DNA from: a virus
Reading direction: 5' to 3' (one strand)
DNA length: 62,264 nt
IMG/VR virus record: IMGVR_UViG_3300015078_000002
Coordinates: 1 to 62,264 of that record
Shown here: in pieces, positions 34,632 through 43,410 of the stretch
How positions within the stretch are numbered: the first letter of the stretch is position 1
How the letters are laid out: each line of letters begins with the position of its first letter
Position numbers and translations under genes: made by a program
The notes under the pieces: generated by a model
Database searches by the model: none
What the model was told of the DNA's origin: nothing
What the model saw: the letters and a program-made list of their open reading frames with translations, nothing else

Positions 34632-34978
34632 TCGTCCTCGACAGCCAGCACCTGCTCATGGTCGAGCCTACGAGCCCGCGCTCGGCGACCCCCGTGATCG
34701 ACGGCCTGACCCGCAAGATGGCCGCCGCGCTCGCGACAGCACGGATCGGAAACCACTACCGCGGCCAGCACAGCTGCACCGGGCACGGCTGCCGGTCGGC
34801 GAGCGACAATGCCGACCACCACGTCGGCGAGGCGCTGACCAACTCGCTCGCGGTCCACTACCTCGCGTATCACCGCGAGGACGTGCCGGCCGAAGAGTTG
34901 CTCAAGGTCGCCGCGCTGGCGGGTGACGAGGTCGAGCCGACCACGGCCCAGATCGAGGGCGGGGTGTCGCTGTGGTGA
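34616..34978 (+). CDS. Hypothetical protein (120 aa), His/Cys-containing
   Basis: MEPVVIVLDSQHLLMVEP...HYRGQHSCTGHGCRSASDNADHHVGEALTNSLAVHYLAYHREDVP... Confidence 0.6.
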   Translation: MEPVVIVLDSQHLLMVEPTSPRSATPVIDGLTRKMAAALATARIGNHYRGQHSCTGHGCRSASDNADHHVGEALTNSLAVHYLAYHREDVPAEELLKVAALAGDEVEPTTAQIEGGVSLW

Positions 34979-35280
34979 CCGCGGAGACGGCGCCGATGGC
35001 GTACCGCTTTATCGCGACGGCGTACCTCGATGACGCACGCGCGAGCGGGGTTCGGTTCGGAGACCGTAAGGTATTCCTCAGCACCATCCCGGGTATCGAC
35101 CTCACTGACCCCGATTGCACGTTCCTGCTCGACGAGCTGCGCCGCATGCAACTCCTGACCTTTGCGCGCGCCGACTTCGTGGCCGCGATGGACCCTGTGC
35201 TGGTAAGCGCGTCCGAGTGGCGCCTCACGTCGCCCACCGGCGGGACGATGGCAACCTTTCACTTTCTGGTCATCCCGTGA
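34972..35280 (+). CDS. Hypothetical protein (102 aa)
   Basis: GTG start overlapping the upstream stop. ...GDRKVFLSTIPGIDLTDPDCTFLLDELRRMQLLTFARADFVAAMDP... Confidence 0.6.
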   Translation: MVTAETAPMAYRFIATAYLDDARASGVRFGDRKVFLSTIPGIDLTDPDCTFLLDELRRMQLLTFARADFVAAMDPVLVSASEWRLTSPTGGTMATFHFLVIP

Positions 35281-35537
35281 CCCGGCTCGCCGCCGGCACC
35301 GGCGCCCACATCGCAGAATTTCTCGAGTTGCCGCTCGCTCGCGATGGCGACGCCAAACGCGCGCTCCGACGAGGGGCAGCCCGCGCGATGGCCCGCGTGC
35401 TGCGCACTCAACTCGGCTACCCTGGAGCCGCGCTCGCGCTCGAGATGTACGCCGAGGATCTGCGAGCGCCGTTCGATCCGGGCCAGTTTGACGACGATCC
35501 CGACACCGAGATCGTAATCGTCATCGAGGCCGACTAG
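35277..35537 (+). CDS. Hypothetical acidic protein (86 aa)
   Basis: GTG 35277 in a GTGA overlap. TRLAAGTGAHIAEFLELPLARDGDAKR... The TAG stop shares the CTAG at 35534-35537 with the scaffold-gene stop. Confidence 0.55.
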   Translation: MTRLAAGTGAHIAEFLELPLARDGDAKRALRRGAARAMARVLRTQLGYPGAALALEMYAEDLRAPFDPGQFDDDPDTEIVIVIEAD

Positions 35538-36334
35538 CCGGTCGGGATCTGACCGGTCACCAGCTCGGCCGCCGCTGACGCCAGCAACGCGTGAGCCTCG
35601 GCCACCTTCGCGGCGCGCACCGACTTCGCATCGTTGCTCGGCGTCGTGCGCCCCGGGCTGGCGTTGCCGATCACGCGCGGTAGCCCGGTGCCGCCGCGAG
35701 CTGGTTGCGTGGGCGGAGCCACGTGAGCCTTGCCCTCGTCGGTCGCGATCCAGTCCTTGGCGCCGGCCCCGAGGTCGAGCTCCTCGGTGTACCCGTCGCG
35801 CTGCGCGATGTACGACCACTCGCCCGTCTTGTCGTCCTGCCGCGTGTTCTCGCGGAGGATCGCAACCGCGCCGCGCATGAGCTCCGTCTTGACCCCCAGC
35901 TTGCCGAGGTGGTCGCGGAGCGCCGTGTCCCTGGTGAGCGCGGCGGCTTGCGCCTTCTCCGTCTTGCGTTCGGCCTCGAGCGCGTCGAGCTTGCGCTGCA
36001 TCGCGATCAGCGCCGGGCTCTCGCGGTCGGCTGGTCGCGCCGCCTGCTTGCCGTTCTTCGCGTGCCCGTTCTTCGCCTTCGGCGGCGGGGTCTCGTCCTC
36101 ATCCTCATCGTCCTCGTGCTCCTCGGCCTTGGGGCGGGCCTTGAGCAGTTCCTCGATCTTCGTCAGCTGCGGCGTGATCGCGGACTCGACGGCCTTGTCG
36201 AGCTGGCGGCCGAGTTGCTTGCTCACCGCCGAGTTGACCATGCTGCCGAGCCGCGCTAGTTGCGCCTCGGTAAACTCGGCCTCACCGCCCTCGTCTTCGT
36301 TGTCGTCGGACGGCTTCTTGATCTTTGGGGCCAT
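35534..36334 (-). CDS. Scaffolding protein
   Basis: 266 aa, highly charged and helical (EHEDDEDEDE, KLDALEAERKTEKAQAAAL). Between the MuF-like gene/methylase and the capsid region. Confidence 0.6.
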   Translation of the reverse strand: MAPKIKKPSDDNEDEGGEAEFTEAQLARLGSMVNSAVSKQLGRQLDKAVESAITPQLTKIEELLKARPKAEEHEDDEDEDETPPPKAKNGHAKNGKQAARPADRESPALIAMQRKLDALEAERKTEKAQAAALTRDTALRDHLGKLGVKTELMRGAVAILRENTRQDDKTGEWSYIAQRDGYTEELDLGAGAKDWIATDEGKAHVAPPTQPARGGTGLPRVIGNASPGRTTPSNDAKSVRAAKVAEAHALLASAAAELVTGQIPTG

Positions 36335-36351
36335 GGTTCATCTTGCCGCGT

Positions 36352-37335
36352 TTACTCCAGCACGTCTAGCGCGGCGCGAATGAAGCGGGCGGCTACCTGT
36401 GGGACTATCGCGTTTCCGTAGCCCCGCAGTAACCCCACACGGCCGGGAAGCCCTGCAACCAACGGCTCAAGTCCGGGTTCAATTGGCCGCGAGACTCCGT
36501 CGGAACAGGCGATCCATTCGGCGTTACACCATGGGTCATCTGGACCTGCAACGCGAGCGACGTCACTGATTCCCCGAGGCTGCTTCCATTCGCCCTCGAT
36601 TTCCGCTTGCGTGCGACCTGCGCCGCTGGGGTTCCACCCGCTTCGTGCGCCGCTGGGGTTGCCCAACTGGCAGCCGTTCCGAGACACGCCCCCCCTTCCG
36701 TGTGACTCGTCTTGCCCTTGGCGTCCCGAGCCAAAGCTGTCGGCCAGGCCGACAGCTTCGCGATGCCGCCGAGCTTCAATGTCTTCTGATCGTGGTCCCC
36801 GTTGCGGTAGCTGTAATCTCCGTCCCGCGTCTGCGGCGTAGGCCACGAAGTAGAGGCGCTGCCGGATGTGCGGCGCGCCGACGCCCGCAGCGCACAGATC
36901 CGATGCCCCGAAGGCGTAACCGCATCGTTCCAGGTCAGCGCGAACAAGATCGAGCCATCCAAGTCCGTCGCGGCTCGCAACCTGCTCTCCAAAGATCGTT
37001 GCAGGTCGGCACTCGCGGATGAGCTCGAACCATGCTGGCCAAAGATGTCGAGCGTCGCGTGTTCCGCCCCTCTTGCCCGCGTCGGAGAACGGCTGGCACG
37101 GACACGACCCGGTCCAGATGTCTGAGGTGTCTGGGACGCCTGCGAGTCTGAGTGCGTAAGACCAGCCGCCGATCCCAGCGAAGAAATGCCGCTGTCCCGG
37201 TCCGGCAACGTCATCTGCGGCGAGATCGACGATGCTCCTTCGATCAACAGTTCCGGCTGCGACGTGGCCTCTTGCGGTGAGGTTCTCGAGCCACCGTGCA
37301 GCGAACTTGTCGATCTCGTTGTAGAGCGCATGCAA
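36352..37335 (-). CDS. DNA (cytosine-5) methyltransferase
   Basis: FFAGIGG (motif I), SCPCQPFS (IV), IFGEQV (VI), IRQRLYFVA (VIII), GNAIVPQVA (X). TTG 37335 or ATG 37331 start. Confidence 0.85.
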   Translation of the reverse strand: MHALYNEIDKFAARWLENLTARGHVAAGTVDRRSIVDLAADDVAGPGQRHFFAGIGGWSYALRLAGVPDTSDIWTGSCPCQPFSDAGKRGGTRDARHLWPAWFELIRECRPATIFGEQVASRDGLGWLDLVRADLERCGYAFGASDLCAAGVGAPHIRQRLYFVAYAADAGRRLQLPQRGPRSEDIEARRHREAVGLADSFGSGRQGQDESHGRGGVSRNGCQLGNPSGARSGWNPSGAGRTQAEIEGEWKQPRGISDVARVAGPDDPWCNAEWIACSDGVSRPIEPGLEPLVAGLPGRVGLLRGYGNAIVPQVAARFIRAALDVLE

Positions 37336-37342
37336 GCACCGA

Positions 37343-37370
37343 GTTTACATCGCGACTACGAACCGATCAA
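37343..37370 (-). promoter_or_regulatory. Sigma70-like promoter candidate with GTAAAC -10 box
   Basis: TTGATC (37370-37365), 16 nt, GTAAAC (37348-37343), 7 nt to TTG 37335. Contains GTAGT-CGCGAT-GTAAAC. Confidence 0.45.
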
Positions 37371-38827
37371 CGCCCAAACGGCCACCATCGCCGCTTTGGC
37401 AGCGCGGTCGCCTTGGGGAGCGGGCCGCGGTCCGCCGCTGTGGGCTGCACCGGGTTTCGACGACGGGCCTCGCCCTCGTGCATGAGCCTCACGCGCTCCT
37501 GATGCTCGCGTTGCTTGCGTCGCTCTTCGTCGTGGAACGATTCGGCGCGCGGCTTCTCGGCGAGGTGTACCACCTGGCGGGTTCGCTGCTGGTCCCCGTG
37601 CTGCCAGATCGACGTGGTGCCACGCGGGGCCGCGGCCCGCTCGGCTGCCTGCGATTCCTCCACCAGCTTCGCCAGGCGCGCGATCGCCCGCTGGGTCGCC
37701 GCCATGTGCGCCTCCTCGGTGACGTGCGCGCGAGCCGGAACCTCACGCGTCGGCGCCACTGGTTCGCCCTCGTCGGCGTGGATGCGGTGCTCGCCGATGC
37801 GTATGGCCCGGGGTTCGTGCTCGTCGATCCGGTTGTCGACCGCGCGCGGCCCGTCGTCGGGTTGAATCGGCTCGGGCTGCGGCGGCGGGATCGATTCGGC
37901 CTTGACGCGCGCGGCGCCCTTGTCGCTCCACCGGGGGTTCCACGCGACGAGAATGCAGCGATCATGCGGATGGATGGGTGGCCGCACGTAGCCGCCCGGG
38001 AACGTGCCGCCGATCGGCGCCGTCTTGCCGTCGAGTCCCATGCAGATCGGGCACGTCACGCTGTCCGCGGTCGCGTCCCACTTCCGCACGTACTCGGGCT
38101 CACCGTCGGGTCGGTTCTCGTTCGCGTGCTCGGTCGCGATGTCGTGGAGCACGTTGTAGCTGTTCATGACCTCGGTGCGCACCAACCGGTCGGCCCAGTA
38201 CCTCTGCCTCTGGAACAGCCCGCCGGCGATCGCCGCCGCATCGTGCCCCGGGTCGAACGGGCCGCGGCGCGAGCCGCCCCCGAGCCCTCGCAGCCTCGCG
38301 ACCATCTGTTCGATCGTCTCGTGCTTCGCCACGCCGACCGCGAGCAGATGCTTGATGTCGTTGCCGACGTCGCCCGCGTAGCGCCGCGCCGATGACTCAT
38401 GCCGCTTCCAGAGCAGCTTATTCCCCTGCGCCAGCACCGCCGCCGTGTTGATGTCGGGCAGATGCGGGACGCCGTGGCCAAACACCGCCGAGAGCCGCGT
38501 GAGCTCGGTGTCCAGGTTGGCGATCGCCAGCGGCCCCGCCGCGTGCCGGCCGGCGGCGAGCGCGTGGCCCATGGCCGGATCGAGCTCGGCCACGCGGTCG
38601 AAGGTCGACTCGAGCGCGCGCAGGGCCTCGGTGCGACGTAGCGCGCTGAACTTGTCCTCGCCCTTGACCCGGCTCAGGAAGTCCAACATGTCGGCCTGGA
38701 GCTCGGCGCGGACCTGGCGCAGGGCTGGTAGCACGGCACGCAGCGCCTCGGGGGCCAACGCGTCGACGTGGGCCACCGACTCGCGAACCAGGCGCTGGAC
38801 GGCTGCGGCTTGCTGTACCGTTGACAT
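37367..38827 (-). CDS. Head morphogenesis protein (SPP1 gp7 / Mu F family)
   Basis: ...RTEVMNSYNVL...WDATADSVTCPICMGLDGKT...PPIHPHDRC... is the family signature. Long charged C-terminal extension. Confidence 0.8.
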   Translation of the reverse strand: MSTVQQAAAVQRLVRESVAHVDALAPEALRAVLPALRQVRAELQADMLDFLSRVKGEDKFSALRRTEALRALESTFDRVAELDPAMGHALAAGRHAAGPLAIANLDTELTRLSAVFGHGVPHLPDINTAAVLAQGNKLLWKRHESSARRYAGDVGNDIKHLLAVGVAKHETIEQMVARLRGLGGGSRRGPFDPGHDAAAIAGGLFQRQRYWADRLVRTEVMNSYNVLHDIATEHANENRPDGEPEYVRKWDATADSVTCPICMGLDGKTAPIGGTFPGGYVRPPIHPHDRCILVAWNPRWSDKGAARVKAESIPPPQPEPIQPDDGPRAVDNRIDEHEPRAIRIGEHRIHADEGEPVAPTREVPARAHVTEEAHMAATQRAIARLAKLVEESQAAERAAAPRGTTSIWQHGDQQRTRQVVHLAEKPRAESFHDEERRKQREHQERVRLMHEGEARRRNPVQPTAADRGPLPKATALPKRRWWPFGR

Positions 38828-38830
38828 CCG

Positions 38831-40708
38831 CTACTTCTTGGCCTTCGGCGGCACGAACTTGCCCGGCATGGGCGGCTTCGGCTTCGCCGGGTCCGACCCG
38901 CCCGGCGGTGCACCCTCGGGTGGCGGTTGCTGGTCGGCTTGCGCCAGCGCATCGCTCGCCGCCTTGGCGGCCAACTCCTCGGCCGTGATGCTCTCGCGGA
39001 TCTGCTGCCGGATGAGTTCGGCATCGTCCTGCGGGACGTCACCGAGGATCTGCCCGTAGGTCTTGCTGAGAAACAACTCGGCGAAGCGCGCGCTCTTTTG
39101 CGGGATCCCGTTGAAGACGTCGATCGCCAGCGCGATCGCATCGTTAACTCCCTCGACGTCGAATGACTCGAGCCCTGTAACGCTCGCCTTCGGGACCGCC
39201 GTGCCGCGACCCAGCGAGCCGAGCACGAACAGCCGGCGCACGAACGGGTGGAGCAGCGCGCCGAACGCGTCGAGCAGCACCGCCGTGGTCGCGTGGTCCT
39301 GCTGCTTGCTCTCGCCGCTCCGCTGCAGCGCCGCGTTGTCCATGTTCGCGGAGAGCGCCATCGAGAACATCACGCGGTGCATCTCGCGCATCGCGTCGTT
39401 GCAGGACTCGCGCGCCGCGACGAAGACCTCGGGCGCAGGCCCGACATACATCGCCTTGTCGTCTTTGCCGCGCACCTGGGTGTGGCCCACGCTGCGCAGC
39501 TGGTTCACCGCGCGCCCGCTGTCCTGCTGCGCGTCGGGCACGGGAAGGCCGACCGATTCCTCGGGGCCAAGGAACTCATAGAGCTGCGAGAACAGCGATC
39601 GAAACTCGGCCCAGCCCATCGCGCAACGCTTGTTGAAGTGCTCGCGCGCGAGGCTATGGAGCTTGCCCATCGCGTGCATCCCCTCGGGCAGGATCAGCCG
39701 CTCAAGCGGGACACGGCCGAACGCGTGCGGCGCGCCGTCGATCGGCGAGAACGGCATGTCCGGGTGCGGCGGCTTCGTGGGGTCGACGTCGATCTGGTAC
39801 TTGATCCACGCGTGGGCGTCCCACATCACGTAGGTGTGCCGGATGATCCCGCGGCGCGCCTTCATCGTCGGGCGGATCGACTCGCACGTGAGGATCGTCG
39901 CCCATATCAGGCGGCCCTTGTCGTCGCACTGCCAGTCGATCACCTGCTCGGCCGGCACGAGGCACAGGTACGGGTCGTTGCCCTCGCCGGGTTCCGCTTC
40001 GTCGGCGGATGGCAGATCGGCGAGCACCCACGCGATCCGGGTCTGCAGCGCCTCGCGGAGCGCGTCGACGCAGAACCGATGGATCGATCGCCCGCCCTCG
40101 TCGTCCTCCTCGTCGTCGGTGCCGTTGTCCTCAAGCCCGTAGTCCGCCGGGCGCTCGGCCTCGTCGGTCACGTCGCTCACCCAGTGCTGCCACCACTGCG
40201 CCTCCTTGTCGGGCTTGGCCGCGATGCCCTCGTCGTCGATCAGCGTGAACGAGACCTTGAGCGGATCGGTCCCGAGGCCGGCGAGCAGGTGGTCGATGAT
40301 CGTGCCGGGGTACGGGAAGTAATGCGCCCGCGCCTTGCGCTGCGCGTACACCGCCGCGTCCTCGAAGAGGTTGCGCGGGAACAGGCGCTCGAGCACCTTC
40401 GGGTCCCCGAGCAAGCGCTGGCCGCCGGCGTACAGCGCTCGGCATTCGGCCCAGTAGTCGCCGTACCACTCGGGGTTGCGCTGCTGGAAATCCGCCCAGG
40501 TCAGCGTCAGCGCCGAGTCCTTGACGTCGAGTTGCGCCGTCGGTGTCGGCGCCGAATCCGACCGCAAGCGCATGCGCAGGTTGACCGCCGCCGCGAGCTC
40601 CGGGCCCCGAGGTACGCCCTCGAGAGCGGAGTCGATCATCGTGTTGAACGGTCCGAGCGGTGCAACCATGTGCAGCGTTTTACCGCGTTCGTAGCCCCGC
40701 TGCGACAT
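38831..40708 (-). CDS. Portal protein
   Basis: 625 aa, immediately upstream of the MuF-like gene. Acidic patch DDEEDDEGG. Assigned by size and order. Confidence 0.65.
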   Translation of the reverse strand: MSQRGYERGKTLHMVAPLGPFNTMIDSALEGVPRGPELAAAVNLRMRLRSDSAPTPTAQLDVKDSALTLTWADFQQRNPEWYGDYWAECRALYAGGQRLLGDPKVLERLFPRNLFEDAAVYAQRKARAHYFPYPGTIIDHLLAGLGTDPLKVSFTLIDDEGIAAKPDKEAQWWQHWVSDVTDEAERPADYGLEDNGTDDEEDDEGGRSIHRFCVDALREALQTRIAWVLADLPSADEAEPGEGNDPYLCLVPAEQVIDWQCDDKGRLIWATILTCESIRPTMKARRGIIRHTYVMWDAHAWIKYQIDVDPTKPPHPDMPFSPIDGAPHAFGRVPLERLILPEGMHAMGKLHSLAREHFNKRCAMGWAEFRSLFSQLYEFLGPEESVGLPVPDAQQDSGRAVNQLRSVGHTQVRGKDDKAMYVGPAPEVFVAARESCNDAMREMHRVMFSMALSANMDNAALQRSGESKQQDHATTAVLLDAFGALLHPFVRRLFVLGSLGRGTAVPKASVTGLESFDVEGVNDAIALAIDVFNGIPQKSARFAELFLSKTYGQILGDVPQDDAELIRQQIRESITAEELAAKAASDALAQADQQPPPEGAPPGGSDPAKPKPPMPGKFVPPKAKK

Positions 40709-40723
40709 GATAGCGTGGCGGCG

Positions 40724-41035
40724 ATGTCAACATCCTTGACCGTGGGCAAAGCCCGCCTCTGCACCATGACGCTCATCACCGCCGGCCTCGTCGACACCAC
40801 GACGGTTCTATCGGTGAGCAGCGGCAACCCAGCAACCCTGAGGGTCACCGTGAACCCCGACAACCCGCGCCAGATCGCCGCGGTCGGCGTAGCACCCGGC
40901 AACGTCAACGCGAACGTGACCGCCAACGGGCACACCGCTCAGTCGCTGTTTGCGGTCAGCGCAGCCGCGCCGCCAGCCGACGGGCCGACGTTCGGCGACT
41001 GGGGCGACGAGATCGATCCGCCAACTTGGGCGTAG
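40724..41035 (+). CDS. Ig-like (Big_2-like) domain protein
   Basis: ATG 40724, only 15 nt from the divergent portal start. ...VLSVSSGNPATLRVTVNPDNPRQIAAVGVAPGNVNANVTANGHTAQSLFAV... Confidence 0.45.
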   Translation: MSTSLTVGKARLCTMTLITAGLVDTTTVLSVSSGNPATLRVTVNPDNPRQIAAVGVAPGNVNANVTANGHTAQSLFAVSAAAPPADGPTFGDWGDEIDPPTWA

Positions 41036-41045
41036 CGCTTCTTCG

Positions 41046-41282
41046 TCAGGTCTCCTTGGTTGGTTGAGTCGGATCGGCTGGTATCTGCGCTACCGCTCGC
41101 CGCTCCCACATCTGGGCCAGCTGCTCTGCTCGATGCTGGGCCATGGTCGCGCGGACCACCTCGCGGCGATCGAAGAGCGCGCGACAGAGGTCGCCCGCAT
41201 TCCATCCGGTGCGGTAGGCGATCTTCCCGACGAGGACGACAGCGAACGCGAACGCGAACGCGGCGACCATGACCATCAGCAT
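41046..41282 (-). CDS. Small membrane protein (78 aa)
   Basis: MLMVMVAAFAFAFAVVLVGKIAYRTGW... has a single N-terminal TM. Confidence 0.55.
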   Translation of the reverse strand: MLMVMVAAFAFAFAVVLVGKIAYRTGWNAGDLCRALFDRREVVRATMAQHRAEQLAQMWERRAVAQIPADPTQPTKET

Positions 41283-41488
41283 CCTCCGCTCCTCGTGCGC
41301 CTGCGAGACTCGACCTCGAGCGTAAACTCGTCGCCGAACGTCGTCCGCGCCTCGGGTACCGGCCTCGACGGGCGTAGCGGCATGACTGCGATCGAGAATT
41401 CCACGATCACCGGCCGGTCCAGTATGGCGGGCCGCCTGGGATCGGTCACCAGGCCGATCCTGGTCTCTCGCCGCATCCTCCGCGTCAT
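41276..41488 (-). CDS. Hypothetical protein (70 aa)
   Basis: ATG 41488 in an ATGA overlap. MTRRMRRETRIGLVTDPRRPAILDRPVIVEFSIAV... Confidence 0.45.
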   Translation of the reverse strand: MTRRMRRETRIGLVTDPRRPAILDRPVIVEFSIAVMPLRPSRPVPEARTTFGDEFTLEVESRRRTRSGGC

Positions 41489-41643
41489 GACGCGTCCTCC
41501 GCGCGCAGTACGCGCCGCGCCGCGGCCTGGTTCATCGCCTTGACTCGCGCTTGCTCGTCTTCGTTCAGACGCAGCCAGACGAACTGCGGAACCAGCCCAT
41601 GCTCGGCGCGCCAGCGTACAGCCTCCTCTTCGATGTCGCTCAT
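41485..41643 (-). CDS. Hypothetical protein (52 aa)
   Basis: ATG 41643 after GGAGGG. MSDIEEEAVRWRAEHGLVPQFVWLRLNEDEQARVKAMN... Confidence 0.5.
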   Translation of the reverse strand: MSDIEEEAVRWRAEHGLVPQFVWLRLNEDEQARVKAMNQAAARRVLRAEDAS

Positions 41644-41719
41644 ATTGACCCTCCGGCCAGCGCGCTCGACGAGTGCACTCGACGGAAGGCGCCGACCTCC
41701 AAGGGCCGGCGCGTGGCAT

Positions 41720-42085
41720 CTAGGGCACTTCGCCGGCGGCGCATCTGGTCTGGAGCTGGTTGTAGCAATTGACGTAGCAATCAGTACGGTACTGATCCGG
41801 CTGCAGATGGCAGCGATCGTCGCATTCGTTGCTTTGTGCGTCCGTTGGCTCGGGGCAATATATGCTGTGGCTGTCGTCGTCACAGTTGGAGAGACAAACC
41901 CAGTCACTATTGTTGTCGTGCTCGAGGCTGAACTGCACCTTATCCGGGCCATTCCCGTTACGTACTGCCTTCCATGGATTGCAATACGGGCTACCCGAGC
42001 ACGTCAGACCTTGTTCGTCCTGGCCGAAGTGAACGGGTACGGCGCAAGCTGCGAACATGATCAGAAACGCAATAATGATCTTCAT
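41720..42085 (-). CDS. Cys-rich lipoprotein, paralog family member 1
   Basis: MKIIIAFLIMFAAC (lipobox). 10 further Cys. ...EHDNNSDWVCLSNCDDD... C-terminus CAAGEVP shared with 43048 and 42082. Confidence 0.7.
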   Translation of the reverse strand: MKIIIAFLIMFAACAVPVHFGQDEQGLTCSGSPYCNPWKAVRNGNGPDKVQFSLEHDNNSDWVCLSNCDDDSHSIYCPEPTDAQSNECDDRCHLQPDQYRTDCYVNCYNQLQTRCAAGEVP

Positions 42086-42474
42086 GGTCGGACTCCTGCG
42101 ACGCAGTTTGTCAACGTATCGGGCAGGCACGTGTACCTATTGCACTCGAGGGGGAACTGCCGACACGTGGGCGGGTCATTGAGCGCGCATCCGACGGCTT
42201 CAGGGCTGGATATCCACTCATCATACGCATCGCATGCCTGTTGGCAGTGCGCATAGAGCCAATCGGGCCAGTCGGCACAGTAGCCGATATCGGTTCCCCA
42301 TTCTTCTCCACATGCTTGCCGGCACGGCGTATCCGGGTCACCACGAACCAGGCCAGGGTTGCACTGTGTCGTCGTGCAGGACGCACTTACCTCTTGCGAG
42401 GTGTCGTCGATCTGCGGCGGTCCGCCGCACGCGATAAGCGCGAGCACCACGAGCGCGGTGTAGACGGTCTTCAT
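42082..42474 (-). CDS. Cys-rich lipoprotein, paralog family member 2 (divergent)
   Basis: MKTVYTALVVLALIAC (lipobox). 12 further Cys. C-terminus NCVAGVRP. Confidence 0.7.
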   Translation of the reverse strand: MKTVYTALVVLALIACGGPPQIDDTSQEVSASCTTTQCNPGLVRGDPDTPCRQACGEEWGTDIGYCADWPDWLYAHCQQACDAYDEWISSPEAVGCALNDPPTCRQFPLECNRYTCLPDTLTNCVAGVRP

Positions 42475-42476
42475 TG

Positions 42477-42956
42477 TCAGTTGCTTCCGTCGCCGGTGAT
42501 GCACTGCGCGCTGGCCGTTCCATCTGCAGCCACGATCACGGTGCAGGTGAGCTGCACTCGACCGGCGAGCGGTAGATCGATCAGAACGCCGCACGTATAC
42601 GACGTACCGCCAGATGCGTGCGGCGCCCCCAGGACGCAGATGAACGAGGCCATCTGCGCGTTCGTGGCATCGGGGTGATCGTCGACCGCGGTTCCGAGAC
42701 TGGAGGTGCCGGCCGCGTAGGTATACTGGTCACCGAACCCGTGCCACGCGTCGCACGTGACAGTCCCGTCGGCGAGAGTGAGCGGGCCATAGAACGCACC
42801 GCGCGAGTCGTTCGCGCTGCCGTCGTGGCAGTTTTCGCCGTCGATGGCGATCTGCGTGCACTTCACGTTGGTGATAGGCTCGCAGGGATCGGCATGGGCG
42901 GTGGCAGTCGTGGCGATGGTCGCGAGCGCGAGCAAAAATGCAGTGATGATCTTCAT
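42477..42956 (-). CDS. Secreted Cys-containing protein (signal peptidase I type)
   Basis: MKIITAFLLALATIATTATAHA/DPCEP... 159 aa, 10 Cys. Confidence 0.7.
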   Translation of the reverse strand: MKIITAFLLALATIATTATAHADPCEPITNVKCTQIAIDGENCHDGSANDSRGAFYGPLTLADGTVTCDAWHGFGDQYTYAAGTSSLGTAVDDHPDATNAQMASFICVLGAPHASGGTSYTCGVLIDLPLAGRVQLTCTVIVAADGTASAQCITGDGSN

Positions 42957-42995
42957 GATATTTCCTTGTGATTCAATTGCCCACCATTGGGCAGT

Positions 42996-43039
42996 GCGCT
43001 GTCGGGACTCGAACCCGCTCTCCCAACGTCGACCAGCGC
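42996..43039 (-). other. tRNA-like T-arm minihelix (not a complete tRNA)
   Basis: Minus strand: GCGCTG-gtcgacgttgggagag-CGGG-TTCGAGT-CCCG-a-CAGCGC. A GGTTCGAGTCC T-loop consensus is closed by a 6-bp acceptor-like stem. D and anticodon arms are absent. Confidence 0.35.
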
Positions 43040-43047
43040 GCCAGCAA

Positions 43048-43410
43048 TCAGGGTGGCTCGCCCGCCACGCAGCCGATCGTTTGGCTATTCATGCAATCTC
43101 GGATACAGCCGTAGTAGTTCGGCGTGCAGACGGCCACGCAGTAGTTGATCCAGTTGTTTCCACCGTCGCTCGGGTCGGGACAGAACGCGCCCCAGTTCTC
43201 GTCCCCGCAGTTCGCCTCGCACTGCCAGTCGGCGTTGTCGTTGTGCTCGCACTCCACGCTACTGCCGCTGTCGTTCGCGCCAACGGCAACGCATGACCAC
43301 GGATGGCAACGGGGATGGTTCGGGCACTGCAACCCCTGGATGTCGGTGCTCTCGACGGTGCCATTGGCACATGCCGCGATCAAGATACAGACGAGTAACA
43401 TGGTCTTCAT
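43048..43410 (-). CDS. Cys-rich lipoprotein, paralog family member 3
   Basis: MKTMLLVCILIAAC (lipobox). 12 further Cys. ...EHNDNADWQCEANCGDE... C-terminus GCVAGEPP. Confidence 0.7.
   Translation of the reverse strand: MKTMLLVCILIAACANGTVESTDIQGLQCPNHPRCHPWSCVAVGANDSGSSVECEHNDNADWQCEANCGDENWGAFCPDPSDGGNNWINYCVAVCTPNYYGCIRDCMNSQTIGCVAGEPP

Noticed and set aside
42957-43047. Complete tRNA gene
   Set aside because: Only a T-arm and an acceptor-like stem can be drawn. 16 nt replace the D and anticodon arms, and there is no anticodon loop. Kept only as a tRNA-like fragment.
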